From contig CAYZNW010000002.1 of assembly GCA_964480345.1 (NCBI GenBank), positions 524 through 64,523 of the forward strand: 64,000 nucleotides of DNA, written 5' to 3'. This document shows positions 38,429 through 48,594 of this stretch, piece by piece; positions within the stretch are counted from its first letter, which is position 1; each line of letters begins with the position of its first letter. The translations under genes and the position numbers were made by a program. The notes beneath the pieces are model-generated. The model saw only the letters and a list, made by a program, of their open reading frames with translations. It was not told where the DNA came from and did no database searches. Source of the stretch: an uncultured Candidatus Saccharibacteria bacterium. GTDB taxonomy: Bacteria > Patescibacteriota > Dojkabacteria > SC72.

Positions 38429-40393
38429 ATGAGCGAATTCAAATTACACTCTCCATATACCGCTTCAGTAGATCAACAGAGGGCTACTGAACAAATATTG
38501 GAGAACATGAAGAGTGATCAAAAACAAACAGTATTAGGAGTTACAGGCTCTGGTAAGACTTTTCTAATGGCTAGTGTCATAGAGAAATCTAATAGACCTA
38601 CTTTAGTTCTGTCGCATAACAAAACCCTAGCTGCACAGCTCTATGAAGAGTTCAAGGAGTTTTTTCCTGAAAATTCTGTTAAATATTTTGTCTCTTACTA
38701 CGATTACTACCAACCAGAAGCATATATTCCTACAAAAGATCTATATATTGAAAAAGAATCGGAGGTAAACAAGCAGATAGAGAATTTAAGATTTGGAGCT
38801 ATGAATTCTGCCATAACAAGAAGAGATACTGTTGTAGTAGCATCTGTATCTTGCATATACAATATTGGGGAGCCTGATAACTATCAGAACAAAGCCTTGT
38901 CGTTTTTCGTTGGTCAAAATATAAATATCTCTGATATGGCATTGCAATTAGTTTCAATGAGATACGAAAGAGACACATACGACTTTACTAATGGCGTATT
39001 TAGAATATCAGGAGATATCATAGAGATATTTCCTCCTTACGAGGATGTATCTATTCGAATAGAACTCTTAGGAAATACTGTTGAGCGAATATCTAAAGTG
39101 GATCCCATAAGTAAACATCGAATTACAGAAGAGAAAGAGATTCTGATATTTCCTGCCACTTCATTAGTATATTCAAAATCTACCATTGATAGCGCTACAG
39201 AGAAAATTGAAACAGATCTAAAACAGAGGGTTGCATTTCTCAAAAACATAGGAAAAGAGTTTGAGGCTCACAGATTGGAGCAAAAAACTAATTACGATTT
39301 GGAGATGTTAAGAGAGGTAGGATACTGTAAAAGTATGGAGAATTACAGTATATATTTTGATGGTCGAGAACCAGGAGAGCCTCCATACACATTGTTAGAT
39401 TACTTCCCAGATGATTACATGATGTTCATAGATGAATCACATATCACTATACCTCAAATTGGAGGTATGTATAACGGAGACAAAGCAAGAAAGGATAACT
39501 TAATAGAGTACGGTTTTAGATTACCTACAGCTAGAGATAACAGACCGTTAAATTTTGAAGAATTTAGAAAGAAGCAAGGTACAACAGTATACTTCTCAGC
39601 TACTCCCGCACTGTGGGAGATACAGGATAGTAATAACAAAATTGTAGAGTTATTAACCAGACCTACAGGTTTACTTGACCCAACTATTGAAGTTAGAAAA
39701 ACAGAAAACCAGATAGATGATGTGATTAATGAAATATCAAAAAATGTACAGAAAGGTCAAAGAGTAATTCTAACCACACTAACTAAGAAAATGGCTGAAG
39801 ATTTAACCTCGTACCTAAAAGATATTGACATTAAAGTACAGTATATTCACTCAGACATAGACACTATTGAAAGAGTAGATATTTTAAGAGATTTAAGACT
39901 AGGAGAGTACGATGTAGTTGTAGGCATCAACTTGCTTCGAGAAGGAATCGATCTTCCAGAAGTATCTCTTGTCATCATATTAGATGCAGACAAAGAAGGT
40001 TTTCTGCGATCAAGAACAAGCTTAATACAAACGGTGGGAAGAGCAGCTAGACATGTAGAAGGTCGAGTCATCATGTACGCTGACAAGATAACAGAGAGTA
40101 TGAAGTACGCTATAGAGGAAACGGAAAGAAGAAGGAAATATCAAGAGAATTACAACAAAGAAAACGATATTACTCCAAAAAGTATAGAGAAAGAAATTAG
40201 AGGAAGATTAGTTAATACAGAGGAAACAGATTTGAACACAGATTTAGATATTGAAAAAATGGATATAAAACAGAAGAAGATATTAATAAAAGAGCTAGAG
40301 CAGAAGATGTTAATAGCTGCAGATAACTTAGATTTTGAAAAGGCTGCGAAACTTCGTGATGAGATTAAAGAAATAAAAGCAGAGTTACTTTAG
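38429..40393 (+). CDS. uvrB: excinuclease ABC subunit B
   Basis: Walker A LGVTGSGKTF, helicase motifs, and a C-terminal UVR domain (DFEKAAKLRDEIKEIK). Confidence 0.95.
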   Translation: MSEFKLHSPYTASVDQQRATEQILENMKSDQKQTVLGVTGSGKTFLMASVIEKSNRPTLVLSHNKTLAAQLYEEFKEFFPENSVKYFVSYYDYYQPEAYIPTKDLYIEKESEVNKQIENLRFGAMNSAITRRDTVVVASVSCIYNIGEPDNYQNKALSFFVGQNINISDMALQLVSMRYERDTYDFTNGVFRISGDIIEIFPPYEDVSIRIELLGNTVERISKVDPISKHRITEEKEILIFPATSLVYSKSTIDSATEKIETDLKQRVAFLKNIGKEFEAHRLEQKTNYDLEMLREVGYCKSMENYSIYFDGREPGEPPYTLLDYFPDDYMMFIDESHITIPQIGGMYNGDKARKDNLIEYGFRLPTARDNRPLNFEEFRKKQGTTVYFSATPALWEIQDSNNKIVELLTRPTGLLDPTIEVRKTENQIDDVINEISKNVQKGQRVILTTLTKKMAEDLTSYLKDIDIKVQYIHSDIDTIERVDILRDLRLGEYDVVVGINLLREGIDLPEVSLVIILDADKEGFLRSRTSLIQTVGRAARHVEGRVIMYADKITESMKYAIEETERRRKYQENYNKENDITPKSIEKEIRGRLVNTEETDLNTDLDIEKMDIKQKKILIKELEQKMLIAADNLDFEKAAKLRDEIKEIKAELL

Positions 40394-40414
40394 ATAATTT
40401 TAGCTTCATATTAT

Positions 40415-40687
40415 ATGAAAAGAGGCATATTAATATTAGAGAAAGCAGAGCTTGAAGAGTTATGTAAGTATTACGATATCAATAAAGATCCAGAATCTAC
40501 CCTATCTATAAAATTAAAAGCTGCACTAGATACGATTCAACAAAGTAATTCCATATCTGTTTCTTCAGATGAATTAGAGTGCATAATGGATGAAATAGGC
40601 TTTGTGGATGATGATAGACCGCTACTAAAACATACAATGAGTAAAATAGCTATTACGCTTGCAAATTTCAACGATCAAAACTACTAA
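40415..40687 (+). CDS. small hypothetical protein (90 aa)
   Basis: ORF track. Ends 4 bp before the tRNA-Gln 3' end. Confidence 0.3.
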   Translation: MKRGILILEKAELEELCKYYDINKDPESTLSIKLKAALDTIQQSNSISVSSDELECIMDEIGFVDDDRPLLKHTMSKIAITLANFNDQNY

Positions 40688-40691
40688 TATA

Positions 40692-40762
40692 TTGCGGGAC
40701 ATGGACTCGAACCATGATTCTCGGCTTCAAAGGCCGGTGTCCTACCATTAGACGATCCCGCA
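40692..40762 (-). tRNA. tRNA-Gln (anticodon UUG)
   Basis: Manual cloverleaf. U1:A72 acceptor (TGCGGGA/TCCCGCA) as in bacterial tRNA-Gln, D-stem GTCT/GGAC, anticodon loop CTTTGAA, T-loop TTCGAGT. Confidence 0.75.
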
Positions 40763-40821
40763 CTAAATCACAGGATTATACTACACAAATTATTCATACT
40801 CCAATATGATATCATTAACTC

Positions 40822-41922
40822 ATGCCAATATTTAAACGAAAAAAAGAAAAAGTTACTCCTCCACTTAATTTATATATGCCCAAAAAGAAGCCATCAAACA
40901 AAGCTGTTAAGAAAAAGAAAAGAGCATTCTTTCTTCCTCAAAGAAGTAAGGTTCACAGGAAAGGTAGAAAGAGGAAAGTTGATGGTTCTAAACTACCAAG
41001 AATTTTAATGGCAATATTCATACCTATATTTCTTGTTGGTTTTTCATTTCTTTTGATAAAAGCTGTTCTTACTCTAAGAAATCAAGAGACCGTATATAAA
41101 AAAGAGGATGTAATAGGTATAAAATCTATACCTACATATCCTGGATCTACATTTATGTTCCCTAACGACATGAATGATGCATATGTATCTAATTTTATCA
41201 GCTCTGGGAATTCAGCATACAAGATGCCTGATGGAGTTAATATTGATGATATATATACATACTACAATGAAGAATTACCAAAGAAAGGTTGGACATATAT
41301 ACAAACAGTCCCTATTGGTTCTGAGGAGATGAAAGATGGCATGTATTGGCAGAATGAAACAGGAGGCTTACGAATATATTCAAAACATAAAGATATATGG
41401 TATGAAAGTATATCTATAGAGGAGGCTCAAAGTGGACTAAAGAATAGAATAGATGAAAAGATTTCCAGAGATCTGTTGCTACATGATAGAGATACTCAAG
41501 ACTTACTTCCAGATTTTCCATGGGTAATAGAGATACCAAATGAATATTTAATTTCATATCGCTCTACTAATTTCGAAGACAATAGATCTGTAGAGTTCAA
41601 GAAGTTAGGAACTACAGAGAGTGTTAAGTTAGTACCAATAGGGAAATATACAGGTCAAGCACTAGATGTGTTTCTAAGACGATATGTAGATGATATAGAA
41701 GCAGAAGAGAAATGTTTAATATCAACTACTCATCTATCAACTACTCCATACTCCTCTACTCTTCGAGGGACTCTATCTTGTAACAATACAATACACTCTT
41801 CAGCTGTAGTGATTAATTCAACCAGAAATATTGCCTATGTGATTGATAGCAACATGGGAGATACAGAGTTCTTTAAGTATGTTTTGGAGAATCTAACTCC
41901 TCAGAATTCTTTAAGGTACTAA
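40822..41922 (+). CDS. hypothetical membrane-anchored protein with highly basic N-terminus
   Basis: Lys/Arg-rich first 60 aa, one TM helix (ILMAIFIPIFLVGFSFLLI), extracytoplasmic remainder. No motif. Confidence 0.45.
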   Translation: MPIFKRKKEKVTPPLNLYMPKKKPSNKAVKKKKRAFFLPQRSKVHRKGRKRKVDGSKLPRILMAIFIPIFLVGFSFLLIKAVLTLRNQETVYKKEDVIGIKSIPTYPGSTFMFPNDMNDAYVSNFISSGNSAYKMPDGVNIDDIYTYYNEELPKKGWTYIQTVPIGSEEMKDGMYWQNETGGLRIYSKHKDIWYESISIEEAQSGLKNRIDEKISRDLLLHDRDTQDLLPDFPWVIEIPNEYLISYRSTNFEDNRSVEFKKLGTTESVKLVPIGKYTGQALDVFLRRYVDDIEAEEKCLISTTHLSTTPYSSTLRGTLSCNNTIHSSAVVINSTRNIAYVIDSNMGDTEFFKYVLENLTPQNSLRY

Positions 41923-43372
41923 AATATTCAACAATATTTTTAGATGTACTACTATTTCTAATTACCAAATTAATTTCTTCAAACGATGCTCTCTTTATAC
42001 CATCAATACTTTTAAATTGCTTCAAAAGCCTTACCTGTCCTTTTCTTCCTAAACCTACGATATTCTCCAACTCAGAGTGCTTACCCTCTCTCACCCTCGC
42101 TTTTCTGTGATGTAAAATAGCAAATCGATGAGCTTCATCCCTTAGCTCTATTAGAATAGCTCTGTTTTTTAATTTAATAGGACATACTTCATTGCTATTC
42201 CGATCTACCATCCAAAACTCATCAACTGTCTTTTTACCTGCTCTTTTTAACCTTTTTCCTTTTGAAATTCCTAGGAGCAGTACATCCTTAGGCACGCTAT
42301 TTGATACCACAGAGAGTTGAGATTTACCCCCATCAATTAAAACGATGTCTGGTTTGCGAGGATATTTTTCTATATGCTTAAATCTTCTAGTTAATACTTC
42401 TTTTAACATCTCGGGATCATTTGGTGTATCTAAATTCTGTATTTTAAATATTCTGTACTCTCCGTTCTTTATCTCGCCATGCTCTGCAACACTCATTGAA
42501 GCGTAAGGGAAGATTCCTTGAATATTAGAAATGTCGTAACACTCTATCCTAGTTAAGGTTTTCATACCAAGCTCTATTCTAAGGTCGTGAAAATTAGAAA
42601 GAAGCATCTTTTTTCTCCTTTCAATATACGACTCTTCATCATCACCGTATTCAAATTCACTTTTCTCTCCAAGATATTTCAAATCATATAATCTATCCCT
42701 CACTAATGCGGCTTGTTCGTATTTCTTGCTTAAAGAAAGTTTGTTCATTTCTTTTTCTAATTCATTAAGATGTCCTCGTTTTCTACCTCTAAGAAACTTT
42801 ATGATTTCATTAATATTTTTCCTGTAATCCTCTTTTGATATATGTCCTTGATGCGGACCAGGACATAGTCCTAGGTGGTAATAGAGGCATTCTTTACTGT
42901 TTTCTTTTCTACATGTACAGAATGGGTAAAGTTTTCGTAAGTATGTAAAGATTCTTTTTACAGTAGATCCTTTGGGGTATGGGCCAAAAAGTTCTCCTCG
43001 TTTTAAATCATCATTTGAGATTTTTCTTACAATTTTAACTGTAGGAAACTCATCTTTAACAGGTATATATATCCATACATATGACTTATCATCTTTTAGA
43101 TCACTGTTATATTTAGGCTTATACTTCTTAATCAGGGCGGATTCTAAAACAAGAGATTCTATCTCGTTATTTGTTTTAACAAATTCTATACTGTTAATCA
43201 GAGGAATCATTTGTTTTACATACGGTCTGTCTAGGAGATCGTTATTAAAATATGACTTCACTCTATTCCTTAGATTTATGGCTTTACCTACATACAAAAT
43301 ATCTCTTTTACTGTCATAGAATTTGTAAACACCAAAACTAATTGGAAGCTTGTCAACATCATTTATATTCAT
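41873..43372 (-). CDS. uvrC: excinuclease ABC subunit C (short form, about 500 aa)
   Basis: N-terminal GIY-YIG (GVYKFYDSKRDILYVGKAINLRNRVKSYF). UvrBC-interaction and RNase H-like regions. Shorter than typical, so the HhH tail is probably reduced. Confidence 0.8.
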   Translation of the reverse strand: MNINDVDKLPISFGVYKFYDSKRDILYVGKAINLRNRVKSYFNNDLLDRPYVKQMIPLINSIEFVKTNNEIESLVLESALIKKYKPKYNSDLKDDKSYVWIYIPVKDEFPTVKIVRKISNDDLKRGELFGPYPKGSTVKRIFTYLRKLYPFCTCRKENSKECLYYHLGLCPGPHQGHISKEDYRKNINEIIKFLRGRKRGHLNELEKEMNKLSLSKKYEQAALVRDRLYDLKYLGEKSEFEYGDDEESYIERRKKMLLSNFHDLRIELGMKTLTRIECYDISNIQGIFPYASMSVAEHGEIKNGEYRIFKIQNLDTPNDPEMLKEVLTRRFKHIEKYPRKPDIVLIDGGKSQLSVVSNSVPKDVLLLGISKGKRLKRAGKKTVDEFWMVDRNSNEVCPIKLKNRAILIELRDEAHRFAILHHRKARVREGKHSELENIVGLGRKGQVRLLKQFKSIDGIKRASFEEINLVIRNSSTSKNIVEYFSTLKNSEELDSPKHT

Positions 43373-43383
43373 ACCGTATTATA

Positions 43384-46300
43384 TCAATTTTCGAATATTC
43401 TTTGCCATTTCTCACACTCTTCGTCTACTAATATTGTTTTGTTTAAAATCACTTTGTTTACCCCTGCTCCATCATCAACCACTATTTTTACGGCTGTATT
43501 GCCGTTGGAGTTTTCTATGAAGTGTTTTAATGCTGATACTTCTTCCTCAGTGTGGGATGGTAATATTTTAAATGTAACACCATCAAATTTGGATGAGTGT
43601 TTTTTTTCATCAACATATTTTGCTTTCTGAATCAGTATACTTTTCTCGCCATCTCTCTCATTAATCCTGCCAACAATTAGCATCGGTATATTCTCTTTTA
43701 ATGTATCCTTTAGCTCTTGGTATACTCTGGGGAATACTACTCCATCTGTACTTCCGCTTTTATCTTCTATAGTTAAGAACGCCATCATCTCTCCTTTTCT
43801 AGTGGTGATTTTTCTAAATTTGGTAACCATTGTACCTAATACAACAATATCTCCATTCTTTCGATTTTCCAAAGCTTCGGAAATAGGTATAGCTCCTCTA
43901 CTGTCAAAAAACTCTTTTAACGAATCTAGAGGGTGGCTGGAGAAGTATATTCCTAATAGCTCTCTCTCCCACTGTAGCATCAGATTCTTCTCCATCTTCT
44001 CGGTACTTACTAACTCTGTCTTATCTATTCTCTCAATACTGCCTCCACTTAGAGAGAAGAAGTCAAACTGTCCTACATTCTCTACTTTCTTTCTGTTCTT
44101 CTCTTTATCGTAGACTATTGGTAATGTCTGCAAAACCTCAAACCTATCTCCAAATGAATCCATAGCTCCTGCCATTATCAGATACTCCATGGCTTTACGA
44201 TTTACAAAATCATATGTTCTATGAACAAAATCGTCTAAGTGAAGATACTCTCCATTTTTATCTCGCTCTTGGACAATATTTTTCACAATATCTAAACCTA
44301 CATTTTTAATACCACCTAAACCGAATCGTATCTCTTTCTCGTTTTCTGTTTGGAAGTAGAAACCGCTTTTGTTGATATCTGGAGGTAGTACATTAATTCC
44401 TAATCTTTCGCACTCTTTTAGATCAATGATTACCCTATCAAATTTTTCTAAATCTCCTTCAAGTAGAGCGGCCATATACTGCAGGGGGTAATGAGTTTTT
44501 AGATATGCTGTTCGGTATGCAATGGTAGCGTAAGAAGCGCTGTGAGCCTTGTTAAATCCGTAGTTAGCAAAAAGCAGTAACTTATCCCACAGCTGTTCCA
44601 CTTTCTCTTTTTGAAAACCGAGATTCACGGCTCCATCTATAAATGCTGGTTTTTCCGCTTCCATTACCTCTACCTTCTTTTTACCCATTGCTCTTCTTAA
44701 AACATCTGCTTTTCCAAGAGAGTATCCAGCAATAACTTGTGCGATTCTCATAACCTGCTCCTGATAAGTTATGACTCCATTTGTGATAGCAAGAACTGGT
44801 TCTAGTTCTGTAAAGATATAATCAGGTTCCTGTTTTCCATCTTTTACAGCTTGATATTCTGCAATATACTGCATTGGTCCAGGACGATATGCTGCTAATA
44901 TATAACAGATGTCTTCTAAAGTATCAGGTTTTATAGTTCTAACTGTTCTTTTCATTCCTTCGCTCTCCATTTGGAATATACCCACCGTGTGTCCACTCTT
45001 AATGCTGTCAAATGTACTTTTATCTGTGTAATCTATTTTTTGCAAATCTACTTCTTCGTCCCTGTCTCGTTTTATTTTCTTCAATGAGGCACCTAAAATA
45101 TTAAGATTTCGGAGACCTAAGAAATCGTATTTCATTAAACCAAGAGGTTCAATGTCACCCATTTCATACTGCGTCATTCCCATTCCACCACCGTGAGCAT
45201 CTCTTTGGATAGGACAGTACTCTACAACCGGTTCTGGAGTAATTAAAATACCGCAAGCATGCGTGGATACGCCTCGACATAGACCAGAAACTTTTCTAAC
45301 TATTTCGGCCAAGTGTTTTGTTTCCTCTGAAGAGTTGATTATTTCGGCAAATTCAGGGTTATGCTCAATCATATGATCTATGCTTTTGGATTTACCAAAG
45401 ACTATTTCGACCATTTTAGATAGTGTGTTTGCTATCTGAAGATCAACACCTATTACTCGAGCCACATCTCTAATGGCTTGTCTTGTTTGTAGCTTACTGA
45501 ATGTACCTATCTGTTTAACATTATCTGCTCCGTATTTATCGATTGTATACTGTATAACTTCATCCCTTCGTTTATCTGCAATATCTATATCAAAATCAGG
45601 AGGACTTGGTCTTTCAGGATTCAAAAACCTTTCAAAATACAATTCCCAGCTAATGGGCTCTATGTCTGTAATATCAATAGCATAAGCAACAACAGAACCA
45701 CATCCTGATCCTCTAATACCAACTACTATATTGTTGTCTCTACAAAACTTAATGAAGTCTCTAACAATTAGAAAATAGTCATCATACCCCTTTTCATGAA
45801 TAATTTTTAATTCATAATCCACTCTTTCTTTCAATTCCTTATCAATTGTTTTATATTTCTTCTCAATCCCTTCATATACCAATTCTTTAAGGTACTCTCT
45901 AGAAGTTTTACCCTTTGGGAGGTCTAAGTATGGAGCCTCAATTCTTTCAAAGGTAATATCGTACTCTTCAATCATATCGGTTATTTTCTGAGTATTTTCA
46001 ATAACCTCAGGTATATCCTTGAAAAGCAGCTCCATCTCCTCAGGAGTCTTAACATAAAACTCGTTTGTGGGCATACGCCTCCTTTTTGGATCATCCATAG
46101 TATATCCATCGCTAATACACCAAAGAATTTCTTGAATCTCTGCGTCTTCTCTATTTAAATAGTGGGAATCGCATGTAGCTACTAACGGTAAGTTGAGTTC
46201 CTTTGCTATTTCTATTAATTTTTCATTAACAATATTTTGCTCTTCCATACCGTTTCTCTGAATTTCTACAAAGAAATTGTCTTTAAATATCTCTGCGTAC

Positions 46301-46776
46301 TTCTTTGCGTTGTTTTTAGCTTCTTTGTAGTTGTTTTGTAAAATTGGTGAAGCTATTGGTCCTGCTAAACATGCAGAGAGAGAAATTAAACCCTCTGTAT
46401 ATTTAGAAAGAGTTTCAAAATCGACTCTAGGTCTGTAGTAGAAGCCGTCCATATGTGCTATAGACACGATTTTCATTAAATTTTTGTACCCTGTGAAATT
46501 TTTTGCTAACAGTATTAAGTGGAAGTAGTTGTTATCTATCCCAAACTCTTTGTCCTGCATAGTACGAGGAGCAATATATATTTCGCAACCAATAATAGGT
46601 TTGAGACCAGCCTTCTTCATAGCATCTTGAAATTTAAACACACCATACATATTACCGTGATCAGTAATAGCACAGGAATTCATACCGCTTGATTGCAATT
46701 TCTCTATTAAATCAGGTAATCTTGTTGTTGCATCTAACAAAGAGTACTCTGTATGTAGATGTAAATGAGTAAACAT
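43384..46776 (-). CDS. dnaE: DNA polymerase III alpha subunit
   Basis: PHP domain N-terminus MFTHLHLHTEYSLLD. 1130 aa polymerase core. Confidence 0.95.
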   Translation of the reverse strand: MFTHLHLHTEYSLLDATTRLPDLIEKLQSSGMNSCAITDHGNMYGVFKFQDAMKKAGLKPIIGCEIYIAPRTMQDKEFGIDNNYFHLILLAKNFTGYKNLMKIVSIAHMDGFYYRPRVDFETLSKYTEGLISLSACLAGPIASPILQNNYKEAKNNAKKYAEIFKDNFFVEIQRNGMEEQNIVNEKLIEIAKELNLPLVATCDSHYLNREDAEIQEILWCISDGYTMDDPKRRRMPTNEFYVKTPEEMELLFKDIPEVIENTQKITDMIEEYDITFERIEAPYLDLPKGKTSREYLKELVYEGIEKKYKTIDKELKERVDYELKIIHEKGYDDYFLIVRDFIKFCRDNNIVVGIRGSGCGSVVAYAIDITDIEPISWELYFERFLNPERPSPPDFDIDIADKRRDEVIQYTIDKYGADNVKQIGTFSKLQTRQAIRDVARVIGVDLQIANTLSKMVEIVFGKSKSIDHMIEHNPEFAEIINSSEETKHLAEIVRKVSGLCRGVSTHACGILITPEPVVEYCPIQRDAHGGGMGMTQYEMGDIEPLGLMKYDFLGLRNLNILGASLKKIKRDRDEEVDLQKIDYTDKSTFDSIKSGHTVGIFQMESEGMKRTVRTIKPDTLEDICYILAAYRPGPMQYIAEYQAVKDGKQEPDYIFTELEPVLAITNGVITYQEQVMRIAQVIAGYSLGKADVLRRAMGKKKVEVMEAEKPAFIDGAVNLGFQKEKVEQLWDKLLLFANYGFNKAHSASYATIAYRTAYLKTHYPLQYMAALLEGDLEKFDRVIIDLKECERLGINVLPPDINKSGFYFQTENEKEIRFGLGGIKNVGLDIVKNIVQERDKNGEYLHLDDFVHRTYDFVNRKAMEYLIMAGAMDSFGDRFEVLQTLPIVYDKEKNRKKVENVGQFDFFSLSGGSIERIDKTELVSTEKMEKNLMLQWERELLGIYFSSHPLDSLKEFFDSRGAIPISEALENRKNGDIVVLGTMVTKFRKITTRKGEMMAFLTIEDKSGSTDGVVFPRVYQELKDTLKENIPMLIVGRINERDGEKSILIQKAKYVDEKKHSSKFDGVTFKILPSHTEEEVSALKHFIENSNGNTAVKIVVDDGAGVNKVILNKTILVDEECEKWQRIFEN

Positions 46777-46814
46777 AGCAAATATAGCCCTCTATTTGAT
46801 ATACTGAATATATT

Positions 46815-47534
46815 ATGACAGATGCCCTAGAGAAGATTCAATACATTTCATTGAAAGAGAGGTTCTCTAACTCCAGTATTATTAGAGTAATACTGTTTCT
46901 ATTAGCTTTAAGCATTTACTCTTGGCTACTCTCACCAAAAGTAGAGGCTAAATTAGTAAATACTTTCTCTAAATTGTATAGGGAGTATTCCTTCTCAGAA
47001 ATAAATGCATTAACTCCTGTATACGATATTTATGCATATACAGGTAATTACAATTTAACAACAAACAGTACAAACGAAGATATTGTTTCTCGGAGTAAAT
47101 TTTTCACAATGGATACTAGAATATTAGCAATGAACAAGTTCTTAAAAGATTACCATTCACCTATGGCAAAACATGCACAGACATTTATTCTAGAAGCAGA
47201 CAAGCACGGTCTAGATTGGAGACTGCTAGTTTCCATCTCAGGAGTAGAATCAGCATTTGGAAATATTACTCCTGCAAATTCAAACAATGCATGGGGCTGG
47301 AGAGGTATAAATGGTAATGAAGCAGGTTGGAGTATGTTCTCTTCGTGGGATGATGCCATATCACACATAACAGAGAGAATGGCACAAGGGTACGGTACTA
47401 ATTTAACTCCTTTTCAAATAGAAGGAACTTACTGTCCTCCATGTGGAGAGAACCCTGAACATGTTTGGGCAAATGCTGTAAATAATTATATGAATCAGTT
47501 ATCATATTATTTAAATAACTTATCAGAATTTTAA
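46815..47534 (+). CDS. membrane-anchored glucosaminidase-like (FlgJ/mannosyl-glycoprotein endo-beta-N-acetylglucosaminidase family) cell-wall hydrolase
   Basis: N-terminal TM. LVSISGVESAFGNITPANSNNAWGWRG resembles the ESGwG...NNlFGik glucosaminidase signature. Confidence 0.45.
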   Translation: MTDALEKIQYISLKERFSNSSIIRVILFLLALSIYSWLLSPKVEAKLVNTFSKLYREYSFSEINALTPVYDIYAYTGNYNLTTNSTNEDIVSRSKFFTMDTRILAMNKFLKDYHSPMAKHAQTFILEADKHGLDWRLLVSISGVESAFGNITPANSNNAWGWRGINGNEAGWSMFSSWDDAISHITERMAQGYGTNLTPFQIEGTYCPPCGENPEHVWANAVNNYMNQLSYYLNNLSEF

Positions 47535-47536
47535 AA

Positions 47537-47824
47537 ATGATTAAATTACTCATTAGATTGGCATATATAGCTTCAATGATAATACAAGGAGTATTAATAT
47601 TGAAAATCGTATTAGTAATCATTAAAGCTGATATGACTAATCAATTTGCTGCTTACATAGACCAATACAGTAATACTTTTGTCAAGCCGTTCTACGGATT
47701 AGTTACATCAACATTAGAAGTAAATGGAGCTAAACTAGCATTAGTATTCCCTGCGGCATTAGTCATATACATAGTTGCCTCATTTATACTCTCCGAAGTT
47801 CTCAAAACATACTCTAGCGATTAA
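47537..47824 (+). CDS. YggT-like small membrane protein
   Basis: 95 aa with two hydrophobic helices. Size and topology like YggT/Ycf19. Tentative. Confidence 0.3.
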   Translation: MIKLLIRLAYIASMIIQGVLILKIVLVIIKADMTNQFAAYIDQYSNTFVKPFYGLVTSTLEVNGAKLALVFPAALVIYIVASFILSEVLKTYSSD

Positions 47825-47859
47825 TTAAGAGATACAACACACATGTGGTATAATCAGCA

Positions 47860-48594
47860 ATGGCAAAGATTGATCTGAAAAGCATATCAGGTTTACCAAT
47901 TATATATGAAAATGACGAAATTCTGTTTAAAGATTTCACTTACAGAGAGAAGGTTTCTGTAACTATAGATGATATACGAGAACAGCTTCTAAACCAGAGT
48001 CTTGATTGCCCCGAAATTTTCTACGATGTATATAAATATGTGGATTTTAATTCCATTTTCAAAGATAAGAATGTTAGGGTAAATATATATCTTGTAAAAG
48101 CAAATATTGCAGGAGTCGAATATGTGAAAACAAAAGCGATGCGGTGCAAGAAGTATCCTAAGATTCTAGAAATACTTTCAGGTACAGGTACAATCTTGAT
48201 GCAGAAATACAAATCACCTAGGGAGAATCGAATTATTAAGATACCTGTAAAGAAAGGTCAAAAAGTCATACTTCCTGCAGAACATGACTTTGTAGCAATA
48301 AATACTAGATTAAATATGCCATTAATATTTGCCGAATACTCTTTTTCCAAAGCTATTTCCAGAATAGTCCTTGATGATAGTAACGGTATGGCCTATTATG
48401 TAATCAGGAAAAATGCAAAACAGGAGATAGTAAGAAATTCTAACTACAAAATAGTTAATGAACCTGAAAAAATAGAACTTGACAAACTGCTCTCAAGTTA
48501 CGGAATTACTCCAAAAACTCCTGTAACAAAACAAATATTAAGAAAATATGAGAAATTTGATTGGTTATTTAAGGAAAACTCTGTATCTATTTAG
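47860..48594 (+). CDS. hypothetical protein, possibly cupin-fold (distant resemblance to archaeal-type cupin phosphoglucose isomerase without the His ligands)
   Basis: Segments EILSGTGTILMQ and IPVKKGQKVILPAEHDFVAINT resemble cPGI beta-strands. The TKGHFH metal motif is replaced by TKAMRC. From-memory comparison only. Confidence 0.25.
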   Translation: MAKIDLKSISGLPIIYENDEILFKDFTYREKVSVTIDDIREQLLNQSLDCPEIFYDVYKYVDFNSIFKDKNVRVNIYLVKANIAGVEYVKTKAMRCKKYPKILEILSGTGTILMQKYKSPRENRIIKIPVKKGQKVILPAEHDFVAINTRLNMPLIFAEYSFSKAISRIVLDDSNGMAYYVIRKNAKQEIVRNSNYKIVNEPEKIELDKLLSSYGITPKTPVTKQILRKYEKFDWLFKENSVSI

